From Gnetum montanum (taxonomy: Eukaryota > Plantae > Gnetophyta): 64,000 bases of DNA. Shown piece after piece: positions 11,856-27,300 of the stretch (the stretch's first letter is position 1; each line of letters opens with the position of its first letter). The position numbers and the translations under genes were made by a program. Below the pieces are notes generated by a model. That model did not search any database and was not told the DNA's origin. It saw nothing but the letters and a program-made list of their open reading frames with translations. The stretch covers positions 1 through 64,000 of the forward strand of contig MNCI01002470.1 in assembly GCA_015680685.1 (NCBI GenBank), given 5' to 3'.

Positions 11856-13850
11856 AATAAAGTTGAACACATCTCATTGTAACTTGCACTCTATTATTTA
11901 TATAAAGTTAGTAGAAGCTCTTCCTTTTATTCATTTTCTGTGCTATGTAAGCATTTCAATGCTTGGTTAAAGCTCTCCTAGCTTCATTCCATTTTTCTTT
12001 TGCATTCTTGTAGCATGTTTTTCTTATCTTGAGGAGTGAATCCCTCTCAATGGATTCTTCTCTTAAGTTCTTGGACATCTCTCTTGCATAATTTTTTATA
12101 TTTACATGTACTTTTATATGTTTCTTATATAATATCTTATGTTTTAAGTTCTCTCAAGTTTATGAAGTTATATGAATATTTTTTTATGTTTAATTTTAAG
12201 GAATTCACTCCCAAGTTTTAAGTTCAAGTTAGTTTCTCTCTAACTTTAGGTTCATTTTGAAGGTTGAAGAAGGGTTTTAGCCTCTTTCTCTCAAATTTAA
12301 TGTAAAAGTTCATTTCTCTCTTTACCTAAGCTTGTTCCAAGCTATTCTAGCTTGAGTGAACTATTCTCTCATGTTTCATGTTAATTTCATGATATCTTTG
12401 AAGTTAATTAAGAATGTTTAAAGGGTGTATGCATGTTTTCATGATTTTTAGGCATGGAAAAAAATCTTATTAATTTGAGAAGTGTTTGATATTATTCTTC
12501 TAATCCAAGCCTTCCTCATCATGTTTAGAGGTTGTATGATATGTTTTCATGCTTGTAAGTAAGGTTCGTATTAGCATATTTGCAAAGTTCAAAGTCAAAT
12601 TTCTTGTTTTATCATTCTTTATATTCCAATAATTCCATGATCTTACCATGACCCATGGTAAAAATCACAATCTCATCATGACCTCTAATGAGCTTTTCTT
12701 TTATTTCTATATAGACCACAACTTATGGTCAACTCATAGTGTATAATTTGTAGTCATGATGGCCCATGATCAACCTATGGTTTGAAGTTTAAAGTATAAG
12801 AAATTTAGAATGGCTACCATAACCTAACCATGGCCTGTTGTTTACACAATTTCAATTTTTTCTTTGTTTTGTAGGATCAAAAGCCATGGAGAAATAATAA
12901 AATCATCCTACAATCCAATCATGATATGTGACCATTTACCATAACTTGTGGTATTATGACATGACCAAGCCAAAAATCAAAGTACTATTTGTAGTTAAAA
13001 ATTTTAAAGATTTTGAGGACAAATTTTAGAGACAAATTAAGGCTTGTGACCTTATTCCATTTTGCTACTCTGACATCTCCTAGAGATAATCTAGCACAAC
13101 CATCATAGTTAGTCCTAGACTTGACTAGAAGAGGTGGTCAAGTCTCTTCCTATTTTGATTTACTTGTCTTGGTTACGTATCTTTCATTAGCTTAGCATCT
13201 CCATGTTGGTATGACTGCTATGTTACTAATATAAAAACCTTAGATCAAAACCCCAAAGGTTTCCTCTTGAGACATGCCCTTCCATTAAGGGTCTTATAAT
13301 AATAATTGCAATTCCTAGTTATAGAACGACACCATTTGGGAATAGGTTTATAACAAACTATCTCCCATAACTTTCATTCATCCTTGAATGAGTTTGCATA
13401 AGAGGATTTATTTATACTTCAATCATTTGATTTTTCCTTTGAAATAGAATTCTAATATTCTCTTACTCAATTTGTAATGGAAATATAATTAATAAAGAAA
13501 TATAAGAATAAATAAAACTACCATATTAATAACTTCTATTAATTCTCTTGGGAATAACAAGAGGTGAATTAAAGATCTACCAACTATCAACTAAGTCCTA
13601 GCTAAAGTTTTATCATGTACATCTTATGTTCTCTAGTTATGTAAGTAAAGGTAGGATACATCTTTATTCCTGATTCATATTACCCAAGAATATTTTACTT
13701 ACCTAATTTCAAGAGTATAAATTAAATAATAATAAAAATAAGAAATAGAAATATGGATTAAGGGAATTCCTATTTTTTATCTTCTCCAAATTTGGATTTT
13801 TTTCTAAGAGGTCTTTTACATATTTGGATTTGAAAAATTAATTATATAAC

Positions 13851-16800
13851 TGATGAGCAACAAGTACCCCTATGCCTAACCATACAAATCACAAGGGTTC
13901 ACACACTATTCAGTCTAATTCTATGGATGGGACTAGTTGTGGCATCTAGATCATTATGCCTTAATTGTAGTTCATTATCTTCCCACTTGGACTAGTGGTA
14001 ACTTTGTCATGTATGGTTTAGTCCAAAGTGAGCCATATAATTGTTGATGTTGTTCTAGCCTTATGCTACTCCAAATGATAATAAAGAAATTAATTATTTA
14101 ATCTAATTAGAAATAAAAAGATAAAGTCTAAACTAGCCTATGGGTGATGAGTGTCCATTCCCAGCTTTCCATACACATCTTGAACCCATGTATCCATTAT
14201 TAGAATTACCAAGCACTATGCTACTAGGTGAATCAAGTGATAACACTACTAATATTACCTATCAAATACATGTTTATACTTAAAACTAGTTGCGCTCATT
14301 ATGCCAATTGATTAACTTACATGAAATGTAGATATTAACTAAGTACATGAAAAGTAAATTACATGGAAAGTAAATCTAATCTAAGCGAAATTGCTGCAAT
14401 GAATAAGAATCAATCTTGATCTTATTGCTATTCATGGAATGTATCCAAGTAGAGTGCGACTCGAATAAGATGTCATACATTTGACTCAAATTTAAACTAC
14501 TAGCACTCACTAATTGTTCTCTAAGACTATGGAATAAACTTACAAGGGTTCGACTACTCTAGTAACAAAAGAATAAAACTTCTAAGGATCATGTATCCAA
14601 GTGCTATATTTATAGGTAGGAATTCATCCCATGATATTAGATATTCGATAACATAGCATGTGATCTGATATTAGGGATACAATATTGGGGATCTAATATC
14701 GGGACTTCAATATTAGGGCTTGAGCAAAATATAATTCATGATACCTCCACAATTAAATGAAAACTTATTCTTGAGTGAATAAAGGGAGGAACAAGTTCTT
14801 TACTAAATATTGGAAAGGTATGGGATTATTAACTAATTAACTGATATACAAATTGGCTTTGAGTGCTGCATCACAAAATTTTATTTAAGTGGATGTGGAG
14901 AAAATGATAAAGTGACAAAAAGTCTAGACAAACATTGAATATTACAAAATTTGCAAAGGTCTTCAAAAAGTTGTTGAAAATGATTCTTCTTGTTGCCACT
15001 AGCAATGGTAGTCTTCTCTAGTTATGCAAAAAATTCTTGAAGGATGGACTAAAATTTCTTCTTATCATCCCATGGATCTAGCAAACATGTCATGTTTGAG
15101 CTATAATCCTGTATGTGCTATGATTTTTCCATGGGCATATTGTCCATTGTCCCTCTCTTGGCTAGCAAAAGACCTTCTTCCATAGACATTTCTTTAGCAT
15201 CATCTATAGTCACCAATGAATCAACATTAGTTTTGGTAAATTTTCATTAATAATCAACCCTTTTTGAATCCCTTAGTTTGCATTTAAGCATAAGGTGATG
15301 ATAGTGTACTATGCCTAAGGCCATGAGGTAACTAAAATCATCAAGTTGTTCACCTTATTTTGATTAATTACTATTAGTCACCATAATGTTTGAAAATAGA
15401 ATGTTGGAAAAATTTCAAAAATTTTAAAACAAACATCCTTAGCCCCCATGACTAATAAGAATAACTCCAAAAGTGCACAAGTTTTCAAATAATTAAAACC
15501 AAAGGTCTAATGTAGAAGATGGCCAAGAAAGTTTTTGGAAGTTGAAGGATATTGAGATAAAGTAGGAAAAATTAATTAAAATTGATGAGAAGTAGTTCCA
15601 AAAGCATGCATAAATTTAGAGAAACTGTCATTTATGTTCTAGAAGATGTAAAGTTTAGTTCAAAGCCATGATCAACAAAAGTTATGTAGGTGGGCCCTCC
15701 CCAATGTAGGCTCCTACCATAATGCCCTTTCATAACCACTTTTATAGATGTCTATGAGCATCCTAGAAGTTAAATGTAGATTAGTTCTTTGTTCCAAACA
15801 ACAAACAACTACTATTGATGGGATGTTGCATTATACTACATAAAACCAAAAGGCTTATAATTGTATATAGCAGTGAGGTGAATAATGGGATGAGAATGAA
15901 TTACAAGGATAGGGATGTAAGGTGTTTTATCATGTTCACAATAGGTTCTTATGTTAAGTATGATTAAAATGAATAGCATACCTATCTGTCCAAGTTTCAA
16001 ACCAAGTCCATACCATTAACAGTGACCTTGCATTGATATGTTCCTTCCTACTGACCATCCTAAGTCCACAACCACCACAAAGAACAATCATCACTCCAAA
16101 AAGAGAAGATACGAGAAGAAGGAAGGAACAACCTTAGTTAGAGGGGCACCTTTAGGCATGGGTAACATGTATTTCTAGCCTCATAACTAGTGCTTGTAGC
16201 CCATTATTATGTCTAAGGGATGTGATTTGAATTCCCATTATTGTTTCTCTTTTTTTTTTGGATTTTATATTTTTTTATTTTGGATGGGAACCACACCATG
16301 TAAAAACTTTTAGCTTCCTATTATTGGTTGATAGTGGAGTGATGATATGTTCCATGAGGAGTCATAAACCACACAAAGGAAGTCAAGAAGAGAACCCAAC
16401 AAATCCCCTTAAGGCCACATCCTTATCATTCCCACTTGGTCATTTCCTCTTTCTTCAAGGTACAATGATCATTGGTTGATTTTAGTTTCATGAAAGAAGA
16501 ACCAAATTACTTTCATGACAAAATAATTTTTATTTAGAGGATTGGAGGGATGAATGAGGCGGTCTCACTTCTTTACATAATTACTTACCTAATTATCTTG
16601 ATAACATACCAGAAAAACCCAACACATAGTGTTGAATTATGCATCATGACTTGGAAGTATTATTAATGGAAACATGAAAAAAATGACTCATTTATCTTTG
16701 AAATAGTTTTATATTCTTATTTTCAATCCACTAGATGTCTTCTAGTTTAGTGGCTACTATATAGACTAGTTTTTGCTCACATACTTGTTTTTGAACTTTA

Positions 16801-19800
16801 TGGTTGATCAACATAAAGGTTATGTTAATATTTTCAATATTTAACCCACAACTACATACATTATTATTAGTAGTGATGCACAAATTATTCTATCTCTCCA
16901 TTGTGATAGGTTTATTATTTATATCTTTTGTTGGAGTGATGATGGTTGTTGGATTTTGTGTATGATCAGGAGACATTATTCTGGCAAGGAAGGGTGTTGC
17001 ACTAGATCAGCCTTGTGCTAGTTTTGATGTGCTAGTAAGTCTATGAGTTTTGTGGTTGTGTGTGAAAACTATCCTAAAGAAGGGATGTTCTCAAGGTTGT
17101 GGTGGAGATCTACTAACATTATCATTTTTGTGTATCTTTCCAACACAAGTGACATTCTTTCATTGATGTTGTAGTGCCAAACCTTTTTGTGTTATTGGCA
17201 ATAACATGGTATGGAGGGAAGTATGAAAATAATGAGGATATGATAGAGGGTAAGAGGCATGAGGTGGTGATCCCATAGAAGATTTATGGATTGCTGATAT
17301 TCAAGAGAGTGGTAGCAGTGATTTGAGGTAGAGGAAGTAGAACTAGTTGGGGAAATAGATTATTGAACATAATATCTATATAGGTCTAGCTACCAGTAAG
17401 AGTAGTGCTCATTTGATGATGGCCTCCCCCATGACGATGTGTTTTGCCACTAGTTTTGAGGCTGATAAGAAGACCCACTAGGATAGTACAGTTGGTTGTA
17501 GGACTATCTATAATTACCTTATGAAAAAGGTAATTTTCTAGGCATTTGATTTTATACAAACTTGGGATTCAAAGAAAAATCCCAATATTCATGTAGATGT
17601 AACATGACTTGGTAATAGCCCTTTGGATGGTCATATAGACAGATGTCACATCTATCATCATCTTTTATGGTTGAGTTTATAGCCTTTTCTTCTACAACCA
17701 ATTTCCCTTTTTGTTAATAAGTGTTCCTACCTATTTCTTTGTTCTTTTTCCTCCTCCTATTTTGGACACTCAATTCATTTTGCATTACTCTCTCCTCTAT
17801 GGTTTTCACATAAGTTGTAACTTTGTCATTCATCATCTCCCACGTCTTATCTATCCTTTCTTCAAGCTCATCGATAGACTTTTGTATTGGGAAGGTTTGT
17901 TGTGAAATCACCTCATTGAGAGTTAATTCTTTTTCCTTATCATAGATATGGACCCCCTTATTTTAAAGAGTTTGATCCCAATTATATACCTCTACATTCA
18001 CTCATTTACATAGATCTCCTTCTGATTTTGCCACCTACTCAATTAGCCTTTGTATCTTATGGGCTTTCAGTTCATATAACTGGCCTTGGGCATAAATCCT
18101 AAGGGTTTCCTTCATTTAATTACAAAGTCCATCTATGATGTGAAAACGTTGCTCTTTTTGAGAGAAATCATGGCTTGGACATCTATCTAGTAGAAAATAG
18201 TATCTATCCAAGGTCACATCCAAGGATTCATGTTATTCTTGCTTCCATGCTTGGATTTGTTTTCTTAGGTTGGACACTCTCATATAGGTTTGGTACTTTT
18301 CATTGAAAATTTGCAACATTGTGGACCACTAATGGATTGAATCTAGTTTCAACGATCTATACCAACTTTCAAATTCATCAACTAGTGTCCCAGAAAAGAG
18401 CTTAAGCTTTTGCCACTTATTTTCTATATTTTGCAAGGAATAGGCATCATGAAAGGCTTGTAAATTATGTAATTGATCAAAATAATAGCCTCCTCTAAAT
18501 TTAGGAATGTTATCCATATTAAGCCATTTGATGTAGTTGTCACTTTGATCCCTTTGGGGTATTCAAACAATCTTCCAAATCTATGTCAAGTCCCTAGTAG
18601 CCAATAAGGGTTCATTTGTATCAAACACATCATGGTGATAATCTATATTTCTATTTGTCTGATTATGATGATATTATCTATGCTCATTTTGATGTCTTTT
18701 ATTTTGCCTTTAGGTTTGATTTCTATCTTTATCTTGATCCCATAGTAGATCTCTTTCTCTATACCTATGTTCATCTTCGTCAAAACTAGACGTTGAAGAG
18801 AAAAACACAGAGGAGGAACTAGGAGAATCACCATGGCTCTTATATTGTCCCCAGAGTCCCTTGATCTATCTTTTCTAGGTTTAGAGAAGGTCTTAGGCCT
18901 TGAATTCCTCCTTGTTCTAGGAATTTCTCCATCTCCTCTAGGATTGTCTGTACCAGTTGAACATAGCCATTACATGTACTATGGGTTGAAATGAGCATAT
19001 GAAACCCTTGCATAAGGGTGTTCACTCCAATTCTCTCTAGTATAAATCTTATCATTTTTCCAACAAGAGTTTTCATCATACGATCCATTATTGGTCCTAT
19101 GTGAAGAAGACATGGTTTTAACATATGTGACTTAAAATATTAATAATTTCTAAAAGATAAATTATTAACATTTTTATAGCAATCATGTATAATATAACTA
19201 ATCTAGATAACTAGCACCATTCCCAACACTAGTGCCAATGATGAGTGGCATGTACCCCTATGCCCAACAATATAAATCACAAGTGTTCACACATGATCTA
19301 GTCAAGTTCTATGGATGGGACTAGTTGTGGCATCTAGATCATTATGCCTTGATCGTAGCTTAGTGTCTTCCCACTTGGACTAGTAATAGCTTTGTCATGT
19401 ATGGTTTAGTTTAAAGTGAGGCATATCATTATTGATGTTGTTTTGGCCTTATGCTACATCTAACAATAATAGGGAAAGTAATTATTTAATCTAATTAACA
19501 ATGGGAAGCTAAATTCTAAACCTATGGGCAATGAGTGTTTATTGCCAACTTGCCATACATGTTCTAAACCGATGTATCCACTATTGGGATTAACAAGTGC
19601 TACTAGGATTACCAAGAAAATACATGTTTATGCTTGAAACTAGTCGTGCTTATTCTACCAAGTGATTAACTTGCATGAAATATAGATGTTAACTAAGTAC
19701 ATGAAAAGTAAATTGCATGAAAAGTAAATCTAATCTAAGTCAAAGTGCTGCAATGAATAAGAATCAATCTCGATCTTATTGTCATTCATGAAATATATCC

Positions 19801-20053
19801 AAGTACATTACCACTCAAAGAAGACACTATACAACTAACTCAAATCCACATTATGGGTACTCAATAACTATTCTCTAAGACTATAGAATAAAATTACAAG
19901 GGTTCAACTATTCTATTGACAAAATAATAAAACTACTATGAATTGTACGAATAGATGTTGTATTTATAGGTAGGCATGCATCCCACGATATTAGATTTTC
20001 GATAACGTAGCATGTGATCCAAAATCAAGGCCTAACCAAAATATGATTCATTA
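13851..20053 (-). mobile_element. Athila-like element A, non-autonomous (gag, no pol, env-position ORF mostly deleted)
   Basis: LTRs 13851-14741 and 19239-20053. TSD ATAAC/ACAAC. Decayed tRNA-Asp PBS at 19219-19237. Gag remnant is homologous to B, C and E. Confidence 0.92.
16800..19113 (-). pseudogene. gag: gag of element A
   Basis: MDNIPKFRGG...LQAFHDA...KWQKLKLFSGTL..WYRSL (retrotransposon capsid-like), followed by a Pro/Gln-rich tail. Disrupted; the 3' end is approximate. Confidence 0.8.
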
Positions 20054-23000
20054 ACAACCATCCACGTTGTGGTTCCTACAATACACTAGTCTATATTGTT
20101 TGAATGAGGAACCATCATAAGAACCTTTTTATTTATAAATACTTTCATATCTTGACTTTCTTAGATCAAGTTAGAATTGGTAAAGAAATTTCCATAACAA
20201 GACTTCTTATAGATAAATAGCATTAGCATTCAAGATTTGTAATTTTATTAGGATACATGGGTATCAGTACTTATGCTAGCCTAAGGTCCAAGGTGCACAT
20301 GTAGGGTGTTTCCTTTTACTACTTAGGATCTTTGTAATCACATTGTATGTTCTCGCCTTCATACATATTCTTGAGTTCTCTTTTGACTTATTTTCACTCA
20401 TAGATATCATGCATCTTGTTGTAATAAGATTATGATTCTCCATGATAATTAGGTATTTGTAAAGCAATCATCCTACTTATTGTGTTTAGTATGAACCTTT
20501 GTCCTTTGTTGGTTTGGTAATTGATCTTTTAACTACATGATTCCTTGATAACTATCCAACTTTCATTCTTGGACATTTCTACCCCCCTTGGAACACTAAC
20601 TTTGGTAGTGTAGGAAATTTCAAACTAGGGGTTGGTAACATAGGTTTAGTTGTATGACTTATGGAATCTCTATAGTTCAAGACTAATTAAATAATTTTTA
20701 TTTATAAATTATTCTTCTAAATATGAATAGGATTATCTAATTTCTACATTCTAGATTATTATGTTAATCTAATCACTATTTCTAGAAGGTCAAGATTGTT
20801 AGAAAGTGACTATTTAAATATTGAAAATAAGAACATGAATTCAAAGTTATGATTGTATAGAGTTATAATCTTATTAGTTATAATTATTAAAAATTTTTTA
20901 GGTTTGAGTATAGCCATCTTGACTTTGCCATTATGTTTCAAAGGCCAAAATCAAATAGTAATAACTATATATATACTAAAAATTATTTCTTAGATTGAAA
21001 TTTACAGTAACTTTTAAGTTCCTAAGTTATTGAGGTACATCATAACATAAGGTCTAGCTATATAGTTTTTAGGCTATTGAGTAATGATTCTAACTTTTCC
21101 ATTGTGTATAAAGGCCAAAATTTTCTTTAAAAAACTATTTATGTGCCTTAAATGAACATTTTAAGGTAGAGTCATAACTTTTTTGAATCTTTCTTTTATA
21201 AAAATGGAAGTTAATTCAAAAATTAACCCTTATTGAAGGTTTAATTTTGGAAAAATTTAAATTTCTTTTGCCTAGGGTTTGAACTAAAGACCCTATCTTG
21301 GTTTTTTGGTTAAGTACCTAGATGTTTTAATTTTTTTAAAAAATTAATATTTAAATTTATATTAGTTTTTGAGGAACCTAGACCCAAAGTTTTTTCCTTA
21401 AGAGAAATTTGGAGGTCATCATTGAACATTGTCAGAGATTTCTTGATGGTACTAGCAAGGCCATAGATACCATGGGAACCCAATCAAAGACTATATAGTG
21501 ATGCTCACAAAGCCATGAAAAACATCATGGGTAGCCAATTAAAGACTACATAAAGGTACTCATAAGACCACACACACCACAGGAAGTTTGTTTAACAGTG
21601 TTGATGGTTTTTGTAGAAATTTTATCTATATATAAAATAACTAAATGTTAAGATAGCATGATAGAGATGTGGTAATGAGGGAGATAATGCTAAATATGAT
21701 GATGGCATATTGAGTGATGATGGTCATGTGAATGCAACTAGATGAGCAGGTTCTAAAGGTGAAGATGAAGGCAATGATAGTAGATGAGGTAACCAAGATA
21801 TAATGGTTCTTCTAACATTCTTGTTAATTATGTTGTACAATTTATATTTTAATTCTAACATCAATGATATCATTATTTTAACTTATTGATGAGTTTTTGG
21901 GTATTCCAACACTCAACCATATAAGTCATGAGTGTTCATGTGCAAGCTGATCATAATCTCTAGATGAATAATGTAAGTATAATAGTAGTTGATGTTTACT
22001 TCGAGATCACTGTCTCCTCATGTAGAATTAGTGAAGTTCATATCATATACTTTAAATCTTGGTAAGGTATATAATATGTTGACATTGTTCGACTTGAGTT
22101 ACACTAAGTGCCAATATGTTGAAAATGATGACAAAGTCTATGTCTAAGTGCAATGAAAGTAAAAAGCTATTCTAGCCTATGGGTGATCACCAACTATTCC
22201 TAGCTTGCCATACACATTCTAGGCTAATGTAACCATTATTGGGATTACCAAGTGATTTCACTACTAAGGGAATCAAGTGAAGTCATTATTGGGTTACCAA
22301 ATAGTTACACATTCCACTCAAAACTAGTTGTACTTATACTACCTTACTAAGAGACATCAGAATATAAAAGAACTTACGAAATGTAAATGACTTAATGAAA
22401 TTGAACATGAAGAAAAGTAAAATTAACCTAAGTGAGATGTTACAATGGTAAAAAATAATCTTAGTCTTTATTTCTAATCATGAATTATGTATAGGAACAA
22501 TCCACTTGAATAAAGATTCCATACAATTATTGTTCATCACACTATGAGCGTTCACTCTAGCTTTAATTCTAATTCATAAAAACAAACTACAAGAATTATG
22601 CTAAGTGTTGGTGAAAATTGTTGTTTTGAAGTGACGTTGGATGGGTATTTATAGGCATAACCATGGACAACTACATCACATCTACAATGACATGTAGAGC
22701 TGTAGTAACGTAGCTACATAACATAATGGTTTTATCATACACCTATGATTGATTGAAAACTCGTCCTTGAGTTAAAACAAAAGAAGGATTTAGTTTTTCA
22801 CAAAATTTATGGGGTTATATATGGACTTCAACATTATGACTTATATACATGATTGACTCTACTATCGATGTTACATTATGGTTTGAGTGATGTTTATATA
22901 ATTATCATGCAGTGCATGATTGACACATATGAAAAAACAAAATAAACAAGCTCAATGTAGTTCTTATGTTCCAAGTGGTGGTTTCTCCTCCATCAACTTC

Positions 23001-24114
23001 TTTCCTTTATCTTCAAACTTTTGAAATTGGTATCTATGTACCATCTAGGTGAATTCAACAATGTTTGTGGATCATTAAACTTAGAAGTGGGGATGAATAA
23101 GTTTCCAAATTTTTAATTCTTTGACACAACAGCACACCGATTTTAATGTTCTTTCCCAACATGAGTAGTTCACACTCAGAGGGTAGTTCACAAACACACC
23201 TTCAAACTTTGTTCCTTTCAAATTGTGGTTTCAAGGATCTACATCTTGTAGAATCTTCAAGTCTTGCTCTAGAGTGTTGTGCTACAACACCAACTAGTCA
23301 ATTATGCAAGGTTCTGTTAGGATTAAAATGTGGTTTCCAGGCTTTCAAAACCATTACAATCTTGAGCTTTACTTAGGAGTGTTGTGCTACAATACTAACC
23401 ACTTAATCCCATAGGATCTCGACAAGCTCAATCAAGATGTCTTCCCACAAGAAGCACATCAACCTTGTAGGGCAATAAGGGAGAACAACAATTACAAGGG
23501 ATGAATGCAACTTTTTTTGTTAATCCTTGTACTTTGAGGTACAACACACTTTACAATGAATAAATGATGATACAATGAAGAGAAATAATGATACAATAAT
23601 AGAAAAATGATTAGAAAATGATTGTACAAAAATATTGCACATTTCCCAATGCATATGATGTCTTGTTATAGTTGTCGTGTTTCCAAATCCATCTTGGAAC
23701 TCATGCAACAGCTAACCAATGGTCATTAATGATCATGGAAGACATGTTCTTCATGCTTTAGATGTCTTTCGGTATTTCCCCTCTATTATGGGAAGACCTC
23801 TTTGTTTGGGAAAGACATATTTCTAAAATCTCCATTCTAAAAAGGCATCTTTGTCTGATGCAGATGTCTTTGTGAAACTAGACTACATTCTATGAAGGTG
23901 TCTTTGCTTGATGGAAGATATCTTTACTTGAAGAAAGATGTCTTTGCCTATGCATCCTCCAATTTTCCTAATATGTCTAGTATTTCTCAGAGATGTCTTT
24001 CTTTAACCTTCCTTTCCATAATGAATTCAACATTTCTTGAAGATGTCTTTGCTCATCAAACTTCTACAAATCTTCTTTTCTTGATTCAAGGTTTTTTCCC
24101 ACAAGCATAATAAT

Positions 24115-24136
24115 CACACACACACACACACACACA
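24115..24136. repeat. (CA)n microsatellite inside the SIRE LTR; second copy at 28840-28873
   Basis: Present at the same position in both LTRs with different lengths. Confidence 0.9.
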
Positions 24137-24397
24137 AGCAACCTATGTTCCTCATTTTCCTTAATAATTTGACATACCAAAAGATCAACAATCTCCCTCT
24201 TTTTGGTAATGTCCAAAACTTAAGAAAATGGGTTAGTAATACACAATAATACATAAGCTTCTTCTTTACGTTTTTGGACATAACTAAAAAGGTGAGGCAA
24301 GCTCCCCCTAAAATATGGATAAAAAAATGTTTTTGGTATTTTGTTTTTGTTTTTGTTTTCCCTTGTGTTGAATAAGGATAGAAAGAATGAAAAGACT

Positions 24398-27300
24398 CAC
24401 ATGATTGAACAAGGTCCTATTCCCATATCTTTACATAGAGATGCTAATTAATGTTCATCTAGAGGTTTGGTGAAGGCATCAGCTAGTTGACCACATTGTG
24501 TATGTTCTCATCTAAAGTGATGGAAAATCTCACTATGTTTGGTATGAGAATTTTGGATGGGATTCTTTGTCATGTTAATGGTGCTCTTGTTATTACACTA
24601 AATTGGAGTTGAGTCTATGTTTATTCCTAAATCTTTGAGAGTTTCTTTCATCCAAAGTAATTGAGCACAACAACTACTGGCAGAGATATATATTTAGCTT
24701 TTTTTCTTGAGAGAGTTATAGAGGTTTTCTTCTTTGTTAGCTAAGAGACAAGACTTCTTCCCAAGATGAAATAGTTATCACTTGTGCTATGATGATCATC
24801 AGAAAAACCTCTCAAATCTACATCACAATAATCGACAAGATCAAGGAAGAAATCCTTTGGATACTAAAGGTCCCAGTTAGCAGTACCTTTTAATTAGTGA
24901 AAGATATGTTTAATAGCCTAGTACTGAGAATCTTTTGGGAATGACTAATATCTAGCACACAATCCTACACTTAAAGCTATATCTAGTCTACTGGTAATTA
25001 AATAAAGAAGATTACCAATCATTCCTCTATAAAGCTTGGGATCAACTGGCTTACCTTGATCATCTTTAACAAGTTTAGAATTTGTAGCCATAGGAGTACC
25101 TTTAACTTTAAAACTAGCTAAGATGTATTTGAGTAAAAGATCTTTTCCATATTTGGTTTGATGTATGAAGGTTCCATCAATTATTTGATAGATTTGAAAC
25201 CCAAGAAAGTTCCTGAGTTCTTCCATCATGCTCATTCCAAATTCAGACTGCATGAGATTAGAAAATTTCTTGCAAAGAATTTTGTTAGTGGCACCAAAAA
25301 TAATATCATCAACATAGATTTGAATAATTAGAAGATCTTTACCTTCTCTTTTAAGAAATAATGTAACATTAGCTTTATCTCTTTCAAATCATTTTAATGT
25401 AAGGTGTTGAGAAAGCCTTTCATACCAGGCTCTTGGAGCTTTTTTAAGATCATAGAGAGCTTTCTTCAACTTGTAGACATGATTAGTCTTGATGGAATCA
25501 ACAAATCCTTCACATTGTTCAATGTAAACTACTTCTTGTATGTTTGCATTTAAAAAGGAACTTTTGACATCCATTTGATAGAGCTTGATGTTGTTGATGC
25601 TAGCATAGGTAAGAAGAAGTTTAATAAATTCTAGCCTAGCAACAGGAGTAAACGTTTCATCAAAATCTATTCCTTCTTGTTGGTTGTAAACCTAGCCTTA
25701 TTTTTAATGATGTTTCCATTATCATCAGTATTGTTCCTAAAGATTGATTTTGTTCCAATAATAGATTTATTGGTGGGCCTACGTGTTAATTCCCATACAT
25801 AATTTCTAACAAATTGAATAAGTTCATCTTGCATAGCAAAAATCCATCCTTCCTCTTTTTCATCTTTCGTAAAGGTTTTGGGTTCATGTTGTAAGAGATT
25901 TGCAGAAAATGCATACATTTCTTTGATTTGGTTTCTAGTATGAACACCATCTTGAAATTCCCCAATTACATCATCAGGAGAGTGATTTTTGCTAAGTTTG
26001 GGCATTTTTGATAGAGTGGGGGATATCTCTTGATCATTATCATTTTCTTCCTCTTCATGATCATTACTAGATTACAAATTTTTATCATCTTGCACTAAAT
26101 TTGGGCTAGATAATTTTTGAATGGAAATAGTTTCATCATCAAGTTGAGGGCAAGTAATGTCATAATAATCTATTTTGACTTTTATGATTTCTTCCATCAT
26201 ATTTGTTCTTTTGTTAAACACTCTATATGCCCTACTATTTAGAGAATATCCTAAGAAATTCCTTCATCATTTTTTACATCAAACTTTCTTAAGTTATCTT
26301 TATCATTCAAAATATAGCATTTTGAACCAAAAACATGAAACTAAGCTACTGAATGTTTTTTGCCAATCCATAATTCATAAGGAGTTTTAGAAGTGAATCT
26401 TCTTACTAGAACTCTGTTGGACACATAACAAGCATTGTTGATGGCTTTGACCTAAAAGTAATGAGGAAGGCTTTGATCATTTAATATCATTCTCCCCATC
26501 TCATTTAAGATTTTGTTGTTCCATTCAACTACATCATTTTTTTGAGTTCTTGTAGTAGAGAATTGATGTCAAATGCCATTCATTTGATAGAACTGTTCAA
26601 ATTTTGCATTTTTGAACTCACCTCCATTATCACTTCTAATAAATTTAGTACCATATCCTTTTTATTTTTTGGATCTAATTTCTAATTCTCAACAAATGAT
26701 CAAACACCTTATCTTTGTGATACAAAAAGGCAACCCAAGTAAAGCAAGAAGAATCATCAACAATGGTTAAAAAATATCTTTTCTTTTCTAAGATAAGAGT
26801 TTGAATGGGAGCAACCACATCCATATGAAGTAGATCTAAGGGATGAGTAATAGAAATACAATTTCTATTATCAAATCTTACCCTCATTTGTTTCCCTTTT
26901 TGATAGGCTTCACATGTGTTTAGGTTGAAATATTTAATCTTAGGGAGACCACAAACCATTTCTTTAGATACCAAGGTCTAGAGAATTTCCTATTTATGTG
27001 GCCCAGCTTCCTTTGCCAAATATGTGCATCATCTACACAACTTACTAAACACTTGGATTCAAGGTTAGGAGAATTTCAAAAAATACTGGTATACACATTT
27101 CCTTTTCTAGATCCTTCAATCACAACATTTCCAGTAGATAAATCTTGTATTCTAGAACTTTCTTTTGAAAAGATAATATTAAAATTTGAATTACAAAGTT
27201 GACTTACACTTAGAAAATTAAGTTTTAATCCATTAATAAAAAACACTTTGTTTACAATTGGTAATCCCTTACCTTTACCTCCTACGATACCAATACCTAT

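Noticed and set aside
7708-13298. Tekay-like solo LTR (TATGACATCCC...GGGTCTTATA) hosting the short Copia
   Set aside because: Termini are only suggestive and I found no matching TSD.
20059-21881. Host gene or additional LTR between A and B
   Set aside because: No coherent exon structure or paired termini; only a short diverged ~55-bp duplication near 21445-21590.
21887-22737. Solo LTR
   Set aside because: It has the subterminal motif on its inner side and pairs with 35698-36552 through TSD CTTAT/CTTGT.
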